NCBI RefSeq assembly: GCF_002113885.1 | Contig: NW_018408821.1 | Location: 465,907 to 529,906 of the forward strand | From: Mizuhopecten yessoensis | Lineage: Eukaryota | DNA length: 64,000 nucleotides | Reading direction: 5' to 3' | In this document: piece after piece, positions 11,753-25,590 of the stretch | Layout: each line of letters opens with the position of its first letter | How positions within the stretch are numbered: the stretch's first letter is position 1 | Program-made: the position numbers and the translations under genes | Notes under the pieces: generated by a model | The model's database searches: none | What the model saw: the letters and a program-made list of their open reading frames with translations, nothing else | What the model was told of the DNA's origin: nothing

Positions 11753-12159
11753 TGTAACAGAGGTCATTGTTTTTTCAATGCCTCTGTTAGGAGTTGAACC
11801 CAGGACCTCTAGCTTACTAGTCTCTTACTAGTCTCTTACTAGTCTCTACCGAATGAGCTAAAGAGATATTCTCCCTAGCCGAGTCGGTAGGAAGCGGCTA
11901 GTATTTTACCAGGGTGACACACTCCCCCTCCAGGAAATAACTTGTCCCGAGTTTTCCAGGTGTCATAGCGATTCTTGTGAAAGTAACGCTGAGTATATTT
12001 GTCAAATCTCCCAGGTCCCTACGTGGGCGCCAATGTGACAGATGTCATTTATTTTGCAATGTCTCTGCTAGGAGTTGATGCCGTGACCTCTGGCTAGCTA
12101 AAGAGAAATTCTCCCTAGCGGAGTCGGTAGGAAGCGGCTAGTATTTTACCATGGTGACA
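11753..12159 (-). mobile_element. Terminal-repeat retrotransposon in miniature (407 bp) with tRNA-like LTRs (Helenus-like)
   Basis: On the minus strand: 5' LTR 12159-12034 (TGTCACC...GTCACA), PBS TGGCGCCCACGTAGGGAC (tRNA-Lys-like) from 12032, about 100 bp non-coding core, PPT GGAGGGGGAGTG 11931-11920, 3' LTR 11919-11753 (TGTCACC...GTTACA). TTGA 4-bp TSD at 11749-11752 and 12160-12163. The 3' LTR carries TAGCTCATTCGGTAGAG and GGTTCAACTCC boxes. Confidence 0.88.
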
Positions 12160-12456
12160 TTGATTTTACACAACATTATTCAGTAAATTTCTGTCACAAC
12201 AGTTTTTAGATGAACTTTCCAACCAATTACAGAATTCTGTTGTAATAGCAAGGATTATTACATATGAATGTTTTCCAATTGGGAATTGCTATTTTTTTTC
12301 TATATCCATGGTTAGAATAATCAAATAACAGTCCTGGTATGAGGCAGAATGAAATTCTGGCAGAAATTTCTCTCCGAATGGTTTCAGTTTAACATTTGTT
12401 GACAAATGGAACTGGTAAACATGATCTTGTCTCTTAACAAATTGGATGTTCCAACA

Positions 12457-13192
12457 TTTTTGTGTCGCCTGCGAAAAGCTGGTGACACATAGGTATTGCA
12501 TTGTCGACGGTGTCGTCGTCGTCCGAACAGAGGTTTTCGTGCGATAACTTGAGTTTCCTTGGGCCGATCAAACTCAAACTTCATGTAGTGCTTCCTTACC
12601 AAAAGTGCTTGCTTGGGATTGCTTTTCAGGTCCGCAGGTCAAAGGTCAAGGTCACTTACTATAAATAGAAAATCAGTTTTCCTGCGATAACTTGAGTTTC
12701 CTTGGGCCGATCAAACTCAAACTTCATGCAGTGCTTCCTTACCAAAAGTGCTTGCTTGGGATTGCTTTTCAGGTCCGCAGGTCAAAGGTCAAGGTCTCTG
12801 TTACTATAAATAGAGACTTCACTAAAACTGTATACTGGACAGCTTCGATCTACCACTTGACCCACCGTGTATACCTCTAAAATGCTGTCTTACTCCAAAT
12901 GTTATTGACAACACTAGCTGTTTAACATCATAATCCACAAGTTTATTCATTTATTTATGGGAAACCATCCGACAAATCATACAAATTAAACTTAGAATTG
13001 AGACAATGAGTATCCATAGCAAGTTCCTCCCAGAAAAACAGATTATATAACAAAATGATGCCATCCAAAAACATAATCTATGATTATTGCTTACTTCTAA
13101 CATTATTTCTTGAAGTGAAAAGTGTATCTATTTCTTCGTAATCTCCCAGCTTCCTGCGCAGGCGACACAGCCACTTCCGTGGAATTCTTGTT
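12457..13192 (+). mobile_element. Non-autonomous Helentron-like element (HINE/DINE-1/pearl type) with internal 143-bp tandem repeat
   Basis: Subterminal inverted repeats TGTCGCCTGCG (12463) and CGCAGGCGACA (13157), (GTC)n microsatellite, two 143-bp units starting at 12540 and 12683 with GGTCAAAGGTCAAGGTC, 3' hairpin CCACTTCCGTGG, T-rich flanks. Confidence 0.75.
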
Positions 13193-14069
13193 TTTAACTG
13201 TATACCAAAATAGCAGAAAGATGAATAACAATTTCTTGTTGATTAGTATGTGTTTAGGTATTGAAATGACTCTTCAACATTTATTATCATAATCTCCAAG
13301 TTGTGCTATCACGGTATATGTATGGGTGGAACTGTTTTGCATACAGTGTACCATCATAATGTTTAAAATATGCATTTCAATACTAAAATAAAATAAAAAG
13401 ACCAAATCTTTCCAACATTGTATTTTCCCTTCTGCTTTTGAATAAAATCACATCAACATGCATTTCTTCATAGTATTGTACAAAATGATACGGAATACAG
13501 CTTACATATATATATATAGCAGGCACATGTAATTGGACAATAGCCAACAATCAGTTATATACATTTAATACTACTTGATTTACATTGATCATGAGTGCTG
13601 CTCACTTTAATTCACACGTGCTTTGAATATACTGTATACTTTGGTTTACATTGTATACTGTGTGTGTGATTAACATAATATTTGTATCATGTACACTAAT
13701 ACATGTTATGTCTACATTGTATAACAAATTTTATACAATGAACATTGTCTATATAGTGTACGTTTGTATAGTATTTAGTTATAGTGTACATGGCGTGATG
13801 TACCTGTTTAATGTATAGTAAACATTTGTTAAGTGTATAGTACATGGCTCAATGGTACTGTGTATCATTGGGTAATATATACACAGTATAAACACCATAG
13901 TATATATTTGTATTGTTAACTGATTATATTACCTCTGGTAACAAACGGTCCATTTGAATCTGCAGTTATATTTTGTATCTTCATGTTGGTTTTCTAAAAC
14001 TATAGGTAAATAAAGGAATGCCCACTGGATATTTTTCTTATTACTAATTATCCTGGTATTGTCTCAATT

Positions 14070-17000
14070 CTATGTCTCCTTTGACATGACTTTCCTGTTG
14101 GCCTTTCTTGGGTAAGATATGATCCGTCCACCCGATGCCATTTTTGTGAGTCTGCGCAAACGCGATTCTGTACTATCAGCATCTGAGTTGTTATCCTCCT
14201 GTTGTTCACCAGAGCCACTGGTAAACTCGTTGTAGATGGTATAATATCTCAAGGGATCAGGGCTGTCTTCCGTGTCACTCTCCTCTGCAGACGACAACTC
14301 CCACATAGTATAATCGTCCATAACTGACTCGGCAGGTTCTGACTCGGCGATAATTCCGTCTTTCATATTCTGGAGGATATCTTGGTTAGTTGCACATTCT
14401 GCTGCAAGTTCGTCACGTTTCTCAAGGACAGACGCTGTCTCGGCGATGTCATGATAGCTGTAATCCTGAACTGCAGATGACATCTTCAGAAAATATCTGC
14501 GAACCATTGTAACCGTTCCCGTAGAGGGATTAAACATCTTCACATTTTCAGAACTGACACTGGGTCCGCCAGCTGCCGAAGTCATATTATTATAACTGAA
14601 GAGGGAAAGAAGGTCCTCAAGGAGGATGATGACGGATAGTTGCTTAACCCTCCACTGAGAGTACCTGTTTTGCAGGAGGCGGGTACACGTAGATGACATC
14701 ATAGCTATGAGGGCGTTGATCAAGAGGATGTAGGTAGTCATAATGAAGAGGACGTAGAGGCTATAAGCTAACCACTTTTGCTTTGTCTGATCAAGGAAGA
14801 GCAATTCATTGATACCAATCATTAACTTAAACATTTTGAACAGTGACGCTCCATACATGGTACGATGTCCCGGTTCGTCTTCCGTTCCGTCAATGGCAGG
14901 CGTGTTTTTGTCCTGGTATACAACCGTCATCGTTGTGGTAAACGAAAACAGCTGTAAAGCTATTATTACTGAAAAACGGAAGAAGTCGCCAAAGACGACT
15001 CTCTGAATCATCGTCGTGAAGAAACCAAACAACCGCCAGCCTCCGAGGAAGAATGCATTGAACCACCACGCCGCTAGGACGGCTACTACCATAGGAATCC
15101 CATCATGGTTATACCAGTATCGGTGCATGATGGCGTCCGTGATGATTCCCACGGAAAAGACATAGATAAAACCAATGTAATTCAAATTATTGAGCATGTA
15201 TCCTAAAGTGTTTGGTTTCCGTATTTTCATCATTGTTTCCAACATCCCAATGATCAGATAAACGACGGCTATTGCAACCAAAATCCACCTTGTGATGGCG
15301 ACAAATCCTTCTTTAGTGACAGACGTTCCTGGTACTGGCGTAGTAGAGTCACTTGATGAGTTACCAGATGAGGAGCCAGGCTGCGAATCTGACACACTGA
15401 ATACGACCTCGGATCTGTTGACAGCAAAGGCGCTCAGGACAAGGACGAAAGCGTAATGGAATATCATCCAGGCTATGTACGGGACTCGGTAGAAATGCCA
15501 CTTGTTTTTAATGAGGAGCTTTATCGGTGGGAGGTCTATAAGAGCAGCAACATCAGAAAAACCCAGTTTAGAGTTACACATCATTTGCAGGATTGCTTCC
15601 CGTTTAGGATACCGCCTAAACAGTGAACAGCCTACTTCGGACTGGAGCTCACCTTCGTCATCAACACCCCGCTGACTGCAGTATTTGGCAATAGTGTCTA
15701 TCTCTGTAATGTCGTACGACTTCTCGTCGAACAGGCCGTCTCGTTGGCCGAGATGACAATACACGTCCTGTAGATTAAGAATATCGTTGAATATTTCCGT
15801 CAGTCCGTGCTTAGCGGCCAGTTCTAGCGGAGTGTAGTATTGGTTGTTCTTTATAAACCAAACGTGACGATAGTCGTACGTTACCGACTTTCTTGTCTCC
15901 TTTTCTCCTTCACCTGATTTCCTGTTTTCATGCGGATTGATCATTGCTTGGCCTTGCTGTTTTTTCTTCAAGTCTCGAAACTTATTCTCCAGCTTTTTCT
16001 TTTTCAGTCTTGTTTGCTTTGCCTTTTCCATCAGGTTCTTTATCTGTTCATGTATGCATGACGTCATCTTTCTAACATGTTTCACTTTGTCCCTGTACAG
16101 TGCAGCATACTCGATCAAGACGTGAAACACGGTGTCTCCATTCCCATTGATAACATAAGGGACTGCGCCGTATTTTATAAGTATCTTCACCATATATTGG
16201 TCATTCCGTAGTGCCGCCACAAATAATGGTAGCTCGCCCATCATGACTGTATGTTGAAAGTTAGTTCCAGTCGCTCGTACGTTTACCAACTTACGTATAT
16301 GCTTGTGAGAACTCAGCCAGGCCTTTTTCAAAATTATGTCAAATGCCTCCCGGTTTCCCGAGGCGATTGCTATGTGGAGAGGCGTCTGTCCAAAGTAGTC
16401 TGGATGCGTCCGCGGAATATATGCCAAATCCGGACAAATCTGGAGTAAGATACACAGGAGTTCTCCGGTATCTGGAAAGTTGATGATATAGTGCAGAAGC
16501 GTCTCATCTCTTTCATAGACATTTTCGTTCCTTTTTAGTTCGCGCTTGAACCGCCATTTTCTAACATACGTTTCATGCACAGATTTTGTGAATCGTGTGG
16601 CTAAGGCCGTGGCGAAGTGGAACTGGCGGGTATCCAGACATTGCTCGAACAATCGGAATGTTCTTTCGTCCTCGCTCTCGCCTAAAATGAAGAAATGACT
16701 CATTGTATTGCCTATACAATGTTACAACATCGGGATTTGTCTCAATACCGTAGCTGAAGTACGATAAAAGATGGTTTACTTTATATAAAACAAAACTGGT
16801 ATTTAAATGAAAACCAATTAAAGGTAAAACATATCCTGTAAAAATATTAATCATGTCATATCAAATGATCAAACTCGTTTAATTACTTCAATATGACATG
16901 GACAGTCGTGTAAGATCATTTATGTTCGTAGCGACATGGCACACATTTTAACCAGTGCTTTAACCCCAAAGTTAAAAATTGAACATAAGGATCGCTTTCA

Positions 17001-17565
17001 AGAAGATTGTAAACATCTTTCACAATCCGTGCCACGTTAGTAATACGCTTATTCCGTATGGGTCTGTGTACTTTTGAGTACATAATATATTATTTGTGTA
17101 TTTTTGAATACATAGTATATTAAAAGTTGTTGAAAATGAAGTTTTTATGGACTAAATACACATGCGTTTAGTTGTTTGGTGACGAGACAAATAGATATGT
17201 CAAGTTTTTCAGTTTACCATTGAATTAGCATTAAGCAATTTCAGAAGTCAAATAACTGTTTGACTGTACTTTAGAAAGGTCAAAACACATGTCAAATGAA
17301 ACTGTCGTTACCCAAGAGTTAAAGCACATTTTTTGGAGTCAAAAAATGTACACTCAAGGGTGTACTAAAAGTTGAGAAGTTAGGGGCAAAACTCTGCTGC
17401 AAAACTATTGTGAAGAATGTAATTAATTTAAAGAATACAATTATTTTGAACGTCATATATTACCGGCCTAGAAGAGAATTCATTTAATTATAAAATCTAC
17501 TTACCCTTATAGAATTGGCCCTTTTGAAAGGAGGAGAACCTGTTGGTCATCGAATCGTCATCCAT
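14070..17565 (-). CDS. TRPV-family cation channel, paralog A (~890 aa)
   Basis: complement(join(14070-16681, 17505-17565)), phase-1 GT-AG intron, exon 1 MDDDSMTNRFSSFQKGQFYK. Ankyrin repeats (GQTPLHIAI, GELPLFVAA, GDTVFHVLI, TPLELAAKHG), YDITEID linker, 6 TM segments, GDFFRFSVII, pore FKLMIGINE, S6 LLINALIAMM, TRP box QWRVKQL. Confidence 0.93.
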
Positions 17566-18239
17566 GTTGTCTTGTACAACGTAATGCCTGTACCGTGCCC
17601 TTGTTTGTTACAAGCTGTGCGGCCATTGTTTCGTAAATGGTAACCTGTATCTAAGACTATTGTTTAGTTGGAATTTTAGATTTGATTAAGATTGAAACAG
17701 TTTTATTGCCCTGTCACCTCAACGCGTATACTGGGAAGCACGTGCTCTGTCAAATGAGTATAGTTACAAGACTCGATTTCGATTGTGCTTGCATTAACAC
17801 TTGCTCTGAATGGACCCAAGCTTTGTTTGGGATTATCGGTACGTCAAGTGAATTTTAATACTAAAAACTATGCGACGCTATTGTTACGTAGATCTAACAA
17901 GGTTGTAGCTTGAAATTTGTAGATAGCACTTGGACGTACTCATGCCGTTATTTATTTATTCGGTACATACATACACTAGCTTCAAACAATTGTTCACGTT
18001 TAAAAAACAGACACACCGCGTTAAGTTTTGAATGGTTTGCTTATAGACATGTATTGTATTCTTGTATTCATTAAAGAAAGATCGATTGATTATTTGCTCT
18101 TGTTAAATAGACTTCTGTCATGCTTTTTAGGGGATACATGTATATGGTTTATAAAACAAAATGTATTTGCTTAACGTGGGAGCAGATGCCGTTATGTCGA
18201 ATGCTTACATTATAATGCAACGTTAGTATATATATATAT

Positions 18240-18653
18240 TTATCTCATTTCCATGTGTGTAAGATAGACCTGTCCAGGGTAAGTACACCCCATTTCACGT
18301 GACGTGACGTCACCAATTTGGAACTCTCCAATGCCGCAATGCGGAAAAGGCGACGTGATGAAATTAAAAACCTTTTACGATATATTTACCGTACACGTAA
18401 GGAAGATGTGATTAGTTTTCAATATAGGATATGTTAAATATGGCTGGCTGATTCGCGTTCGTCTAAAAAGCTCAGGGGGGAATTGATATTTTCAAAATGT
18501 TGGCCAGTCCAAATGCATTTTCATGGTTTCTAAGCTTATTCTGGTGGTTGGAATGAGAGAAAAATGTGCCCAAGGGTGAAGGAGAGGGATATTCCACTCT
18601 CGGGTGGAATTTCCCTCTCCTACACCCCGGCCTGAGCATGGAAGAGTCTTATA

Positions 18654-18655
<2 letters not shown>
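18240..18655. mobile_element. Hairpin-bearing interspersed repeat, possibly related to the 45660 family
   Basis: Internal inverted repeat GAGAGGGATATTCCACTCTCGGGTGGAATTTCCCTCTC and GTGACGTCA motifs; organisation resembles 45660-46420. Confidence 0.45.

Positions 18656-18656
<1 letters not shown>

Positions 18657-18690
<34 letters not shown>
18657..18690. repeat. (TG)n microsatellite
   Basis: About 17 TG units. Confidence 0.95.
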
Positions 18691-18691
<1 letters not shown>

Positions 18692-19331
18692 ACGCTTATT
18701 GCGTTTAATGGTAAACTGTACAATCGTGTACTGTTCTGTTAATTATTTGTACACGTTTTTTTACGGTATGAAGCCTACTAGTATTTTAATGATAGACTGG
18801 ACCCGGTTACGATGTAAAGCGTTGCTAGCTTTCTGTTTATGCGGAACAACCGGTTCGTCTGTTTTTAAATGAACCATGTTTTGATAAAAATCATGGCGGA
18901 CCTGCATTTTCAAGGCTCGCCTGAAAGCACCATCAGATTACTAGGTCCGAGCTTATTTCATAACCAAATAACTCTGGTTCGACCGTTTGAATTGCGATAA
19001 ACGAAAGCGACCTTGTCTCCGCCCGGTGAAACTATGAGATACGCTTTTGTTAGGATGGCTTAATATATTTAATATTTTGTATGACATTTGTTGTAGTTTT
19101 GCCTTTAGTAATCTCGGTCGTCCTAACTCGCTTTCCCTGTAAAGTGTTGGCTGGTGATGCTGATGATGAAGTTATTTTCGGTCTTCCATTGGCTACATCT
19201 GTTAACAAATATAACTATTTCAGAACAATGAAAAAGAAATTATAAACGATACAATTTCCTAAAGGAATGGTGTCTGATTTTGACTTCTTGAATATCTGTG
19301 ATTTGAGGCCTTTGGTATATATCGCGTTTCC

Positions 19332-19736
19332 TTATTAGGGCCCCGCGTCGGATATGCAGACGGACTATAGTAATCTATATGTCCGTCCGTCCGTCCACAC
19401 TTTCGTTTCCAGAGATTATTACGGAATCCATAAGACTGATCGGTTTGAATTGACATGGTGCTACACTGTGATATGTAGATATGGAATAAGGGTGTATAAA
19501 GTTTGTAAGTTCAATGTCAAGGTCACTGTTACTAAACTATACTGGGGTGTGCGTATGGTCCCAGTATCGGAATTCAAAAGACTAATCTTGAAATTTGACA
19601 TGATTATACACTGACATTTGGATGTGCTAAAGGTAATTGAACAAAGGTTTTAAGGTCAAGGTCATTGTTACTAAAATGGACCACGGGTATGGTCAGGCAC
19701 GTGGCGGGGCCCTTACTTTCCTGTCAGTGTTCTAGT
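19332..19736 (+). mobile_element. Non-autonomous Helentron-like element
   Basis: Subterminal IR AGGGCCCCGC / GCGGGGCCCT, (GTCC)n microsatellite, two internal units ending TCAAGGTCAxTGTTACTAAA, ends TTCTAGT. Confidence 0.65.
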
Positions 19737-21602
19737 GCATAAAGTACCCGATCAGAAATAATTTTAAAACTTTTACGTAATCTTTCGGTGAAATATTTTG
19801 TTGCATTCAATGTATATTGTTTGCGAGGCTTGGATATATGCTTAGTGATGCCATACTCATCTTTCAGCGTAATCACTTATCGTGATGAGTAAAGAAAAAA
19901 TCACGTATACATTTTGACGAAAATTACGTGAACTTCATGGACTGGATATATTAAGTAATCGGGCAAAATTCCACGTCTGTTTTCATGTTTGTTTTCTTCT
20001 TTTTCTTCTTCTCTATGTACACTCTCGTGCAGGACGAAGTCATTACAATATTTGTTGTATTGTTAATTCGTTACATATTCTGAACAATGCAACAGACAAA
20101 GATAACATTTTTAGAAAGGGATTTCGAGGTTTTCCTTACTTATAGCAATATTAAAGTTAAAAAAATAACACAAAGACAATTCAGAAAAAAATATATAGAA
20201 AAAACATGAAATTAATTTTGACTGAATACTTCTGTGCAGTCTATGTACATTGTGGGTTTCGGTGAGCTGGGCCCACCAAAATATTTCGTGTCCAATGAAA
20301 TAACGTCTTCGTTTGATTTAGAAATAATGTGACATTAACACGGGGCATATTTTGTATAAAATGAATAGAAAGAAATCAACACTGCTCACAACATGTACAT
20401 CGTATTACTTTTATTACAAGACAGATATATATTGATAAAGGGTTAATATATTTCTATATATGTAAAAACAAGACTTTCTCTAATATGTTTCGTCCCTCCC
20501 TACTACCATCTATCACCCCATCCCTTCATCCTACCAATCAAAAATTTTTTTGAACCAATAACAGCAAAAACTTTAACAAATAATTATTTTCTGATTTGAA
20601 ACAGTTTGGTTATATACTGATGGAGTGAACAAGAGGGAGCAATCCAGATTTTGACTGAAATTCCTGAATTATTTCTGATGAGCGGTTTTTGACATGACAG
20701 AAGTAGCAAACATAGAGATATAACTAATTGAAATATCTCAGAAAGTTCCAATGGAATATACTTAAAGGAACTTTATCGTACGCCATTGTGTTAATTAGAA
20801 ACATTATAGTGTTTTAAGCATACGGTCACATAGGCGCAAAAATAGTACAAGTGTACTTTGCAAAAAATGCTGCAAATTACGTTAGTTTCACGAGGAATTC
20901 ATTTTAGCTTTAATTCGTAAATAGACTCAATCGCGAATTCAAACTTCCATAAATACATGTATCCTTTGCATTTAAACTAACTACCAGTATTGAAAAATCA
21001 TCTTCTCAATCGTGAATGAATTGTATTTGTGAATTAACCTGTAAGCATGCATGGTTTCCAGTACGTACACGTGAGGATAAACTTACAAGAGTATTCATTA
21101 AATCACCCGTCGTTATGCAGTCTATATCACTCCTTACAAACACACACTATACAGTTACTAAGTTCTTAATTATACCAGTAATACAGGTCACCTACCACCA
21201 ACAAGTGTACCATGCTACCCATGTTTACGTGTCTATTAGGCCTAAATAAAAATTAAGCGCTAGCGAGCGACTCGGGAAACGGTCCGACTGCTAAAAAAAT
21301 CATTGATAGTTTCTACCGAAATTCATTTTGATGTTAAGTCCAGGTACAATATATTGTCCCCATTTAGAAATGAAGATCTGTTCAATGTTGAACTGATATT
21401 TATAAATATATGATATTCAAAGTGCTTATGTGAATGTATCATGGTTGTTAAACAAAATGAACGCATTGCTTCTGTTGACGGGTTCTACTGATTAGAGTTG
21501 ATTAAATCAAAGTTCATGCTTTTAACAAAACATTTTGACCTAAATACCCAAATGAGTAATCATTGATTGAAGCAGAAACATTTTATTGTGGCCTTATATA
21601 AC

Positions 21603-24340
21603 TTAAGTTTTCTCTTCTATACTTGATTCCTCCGACGATGACGCTTCGAAAGGTTCTACAACCGTCCCTCGTCTTCCAACATGGAACACCTCCGTGGCAG
21701 CCTTCCTCACCAATTCTTCATTCATTATGTCATAATCCGAATCATAATTCAAGTCATGTTTCAAATACTCGTAAAATATAGCCGGCACACGAGGTCGTGG
21801 TATTAGGTCCGACATGTCTGGTTCTAAGTCTGTCATATCTGATTCCTGCTGAGGCACGACTGGTTTAGTTTGTTGTCTTACAAACGGAAGAAAGAAAGCG
21901 GAAGCAGCCATCCTCTTAAGAATATTTTTGTTGATGTTGTTGTTGAGTGATTCCTGATTGCGTTTTTGTTGGGCCTCAGTTATTTCTTCAATGTCCTCCG
22001 CTTTCATTTCAATCATATCGTTTTGAAGGGTTTTCATATCCAGGAGATACCTGACCTGAGTCGTAAAAGTCTTTGTCACGGGGTCATACACTTTTTTCCT
22101 TTTTTCCTTTATGATCTCACTGCGCGTCACGGGATCATAGTAACTGAGAATCACATGGAGACAATTTTCGAGCATCAATATGACTGAAAGCTGTTGTATC
22201 CGCCATTCTGAAAATTTGTTTTGCAGGATGAAGGAGCACGTTGAAGACATCATAGCAATCAGGGCGTTTACCAGGAGAATGTACGTAGAAAGTATGTAAA
22301 CCACGTATAAAGAGTTTGTCAGCCAAGTCGACCTGGCTACTTTTGTTGAGTTGATCCCTCCGATTCCCAACATCAGGTTAAACATGGTGAACAGAGATGT
22401 GTCAAATGACTTCGTATAGGAGGGCTCATCTACGTTTGATTCGATGCTTGGGACGTTTTTACCTTGATACATCGTGTGGACACTGGCAGAGAACGATATC
22501 AGCTGGAATGCTATTATCACTGAAAAACGCAGGAAATCCCCAAAAATTACTCGTTTAATCATCACAGTGAAGAAACTGAACATCTTGAGTCCTCTTAGGA
22601 AAAACAAGTTGAACCACCATCCGGTTAGAACTGATATCAGAAGAGGCACCCTGTTGTGTTCGTAATCCACGAACTGCCAGATGATATCTGCAAGGAGACC
22701 CATCCCGCAGATCATCAATATACTGATGTAGTCCATGTTGCACTTCCAGTACAACTTGGCGTTCGGTTGTAGGAATTTGGGGATGATCGCCGTAACGCCC
22801 AAAACCACATAGACAAGTCCATAGACAAATGAACTCCACATACACAAATTGACATAGTTCACCTGGTGTGGGGATGGCATAGATTCTGCTGTTGAACCTG
22901 AATTGGAAGGATTGAATTTCAGTTCGGACAGGTTGACTGTGTACGCACTCAACAAGATAATAAAGATGAGGTGAATGGCCATCCACGCAAAGAACATCTT
23001 GCTGTACAGTTCCCATTTGAGTTTGATCAGACCTCGCAGAGGTGGTATTTCAGTGATTTCTACAATATCCTTTGGCCTCATCTTGTTTCCGAACATCATC
23101 TCAAAAACAGATTCCGATTTCACGCCTTTGAAATTGAAAGGCCTAACCGTTTGTTCTCCTGAGAGGAGTTGGGACTTGTAGTTGGTGATGGAATCTACCT
23201 CTGTGATGTCGTAGTGTTTCTCATCAAAAAGACCGTCATTTTTGTTTTCGAAACAGTAAACGCTCGGTAGATTAAGGATCTGGATGAAGATTTCTACCAG
23301 CCCATATTTTGCTGCAAGTTGAAGAGATGTAAGATTATGGTTATTCTTCATGTACCAGATTTGGCGCAAATCTTTGTCACTTGTGTTCTCAGTTTTTTCA
23401 GGATTAGTTCCTTCGTCAAAGGATGATTTTATTCTACCGTCATTCTCGTTTCGACTGTGTTTGTCATAACGCCGTTGCTTTCTCCTCGAATGTCTTTTCT
23501 GGTTTTCTACGACAACTTTCTTGTGCAGGAAGGTGATCATACGTCTAGCATCAGCTAATTTGTTTCTGTTAATCACGATGTACTTTATTATGGTATGAAA
23601 TACATTATCTCCCTTCCCATTCCTCACAAACAGTGATGCTCCTCTTCGAAGAAGAAGGTCAACAATGTTTTCTTTAAACGTTAGAGCACTGACAAACAAT
23701 GGTATTTGTCCCATCATAACGGAATTGTTGAAGATTTTGCCTGTAGCACGAGCATTCATTAGTGCACGCAACTTCACTTTCGAACGCTCTGCAACGTTCA
23801 GTATCTCCTCACAGGCCTGGACATTTCCCGTTACTACGGCAATATGAAGTGGTGTCTGTCCTGCAAACGCCATGCTGAACCTCGGCACCATGAGCAGGTC
23901 AGGACAGATGGCAAGGATGTGAATGATACAGGCGACGTTTTCCTCACTGTTATGCATCAGACATATATGAAGGAGAGTCTCGTCTGTCTCCATGCCGTCT
24001 TTCGATCTCCGCCAACGTAACAATGGTTGTCCATGAATGTCCTTGTTAAAATTCCGGAGTTGATCCCTCGCCAAGGAGAAGTTCCTGGTGCTGATTAATC
24101 TGTATACTTGATCGATTTCTCTATGACATTTTGTGTCTGTTGAAAGAAGATAAACATTTTGAGAATGAGATATGTTTTATGACAATAAGTGTATGACTCA
24201 ATACAGTATTCTGGATATTATTAAAACATAAATAATAAATGCTTACGTTTAGGTGTCGGCGTTGGTATTTCGGTATCTTTTCCAGGGCTTGCTGCTGTCT
24301 CCAAAGGGAACTGAACGAAGACCTTTTTCCTTTTTAACAT
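21603..24340 (-). CDS. TRPV-family cation channel, paralog B (~875 aa)
   Basis: complement(join(21603-24136, 24247-24340)), 110-bp phase-1 GT-AG intron, exon 1 MLKRKKVFVQFPLETAASPGKDTEIPTPTPK. Ankyrins (GQTPLHIAV, GDNVFH, TSLQLAAKYG), YDITEVD, GDFLRF, pore FNLMLGIGG, LLVNALIAMM, EWRIQQL. Confidence 0.93.
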
Positions 24341-25304
24341 GGTCTGTTCGATTCTTCCTTGACCACACCGTAATTAAGTGAGTCTAAACAAACTGTGTAT
24401 TGGCTAAAACGCTAAGAACATTTGTCTTCACTTCGAGTACGAACCCAGCTATATTTAAATATTCCAAGCACTGTGTGTTCCATAAAAAGTAAGTGATGGT
24501 TAACGATCCACGGTTATTATTCAAAATGTCAATACCAACCTTTCAATATATGCATGCCTATTCAGGTCTAGTGATTACACTTTGGGCTCATTGGCTGCCA
24601 CAGATCACTTCGGTCGTTGTGAAATATGATTTTTTTTTATATGAGTCACGCCTACCGTATTTATACTGTAGAAGCTTTCCTTCGAACCTGGGTTTGGTAA
24701 TACTAAAACATACGTTATTTATTATCATACCTGCTGAACTATATATTTTGCCCGTGGCATTGATTAGTTTGGCTTGAAAAATTTGTAGAACCAGGTGTCA
24801 TTGTATGCATTGTTCCGTTAAAACGTGATTTTCTGTATATAAATAAATATTTATAAAGTGCATTTGAGATTGAGAGAAAGTAGAGTCTGTTTATGATACA
24901 TTATACATGTCACATTGTTTGTGTAATTGAGTTACACCCGTCGTAACTACGGCTACGCATTATGAAAAGAGTAACGTATGTCGAACACCTGCAGGGGCAT
25001 TTATTTTGTTAAACGGTAGTTCAGGCTGTTTCTTCATAAGATAATTGTACCACTTCGGGCATTTAAAAAATACTCGTTAGAATCAATAGCACTTAGGTTA
25101 TTACTCAGGTAGACACATTTCACGGTTTACCCCATAAAGCACACAATCTAGTAAAAGGATCAAAAGAGTTTCAGCCAGAGAACAAACTAGCTGTAACTTA
25201 ATAGCTACTAAGTATACCACTGCCGTTACGTGTTATTATCTGTTTGTGGACAGTTGTCAATGGAGAAGCATTATGGGTGAAAATTAACATTACTTCCATT
25301 CCTT

Positions 25305-25590
25305 GTAATACTTCCTTATACGCAGAGGGGGTATTTAGGTAATGTCTGGCGGTCCGTCGGTCCGTCGGTCCGTCCATGTATGTGAAGTAAAGAAAACTTA
25401 TAAATGCTATGTCTGATAAACGTCCCAACAGATTAACAGCATATTGACAACATCTTATGGAAACGTCGATTTATATACCTGGTTAGGGTTTGATGGTCAT
25501 TGGTCAGTATTAAAGGTCAAAGTTCACACTTGACCTCTATTTTGGTTGGATTGAGGCATATTAAGGTATCCAAGGAGCGTAATTTTTGTA
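25305..25590 (+). mobile_element. Degenerate Helentron-like element
   Basis: (CGGTCCGT)n microsatellite near the 5' end and GGTCA-rich core, as in the elements at 12457 and 19332. Confidence 0.4.

Noticed and set aside
16682-16703. ORF-track start codons for the TRPV genes (16703, 24074, 29616, 38670)
   Set aside because: They lie in intron sequence or are internal non-ATG codons; splice acceptors and upstream exons explain the N-termini better.
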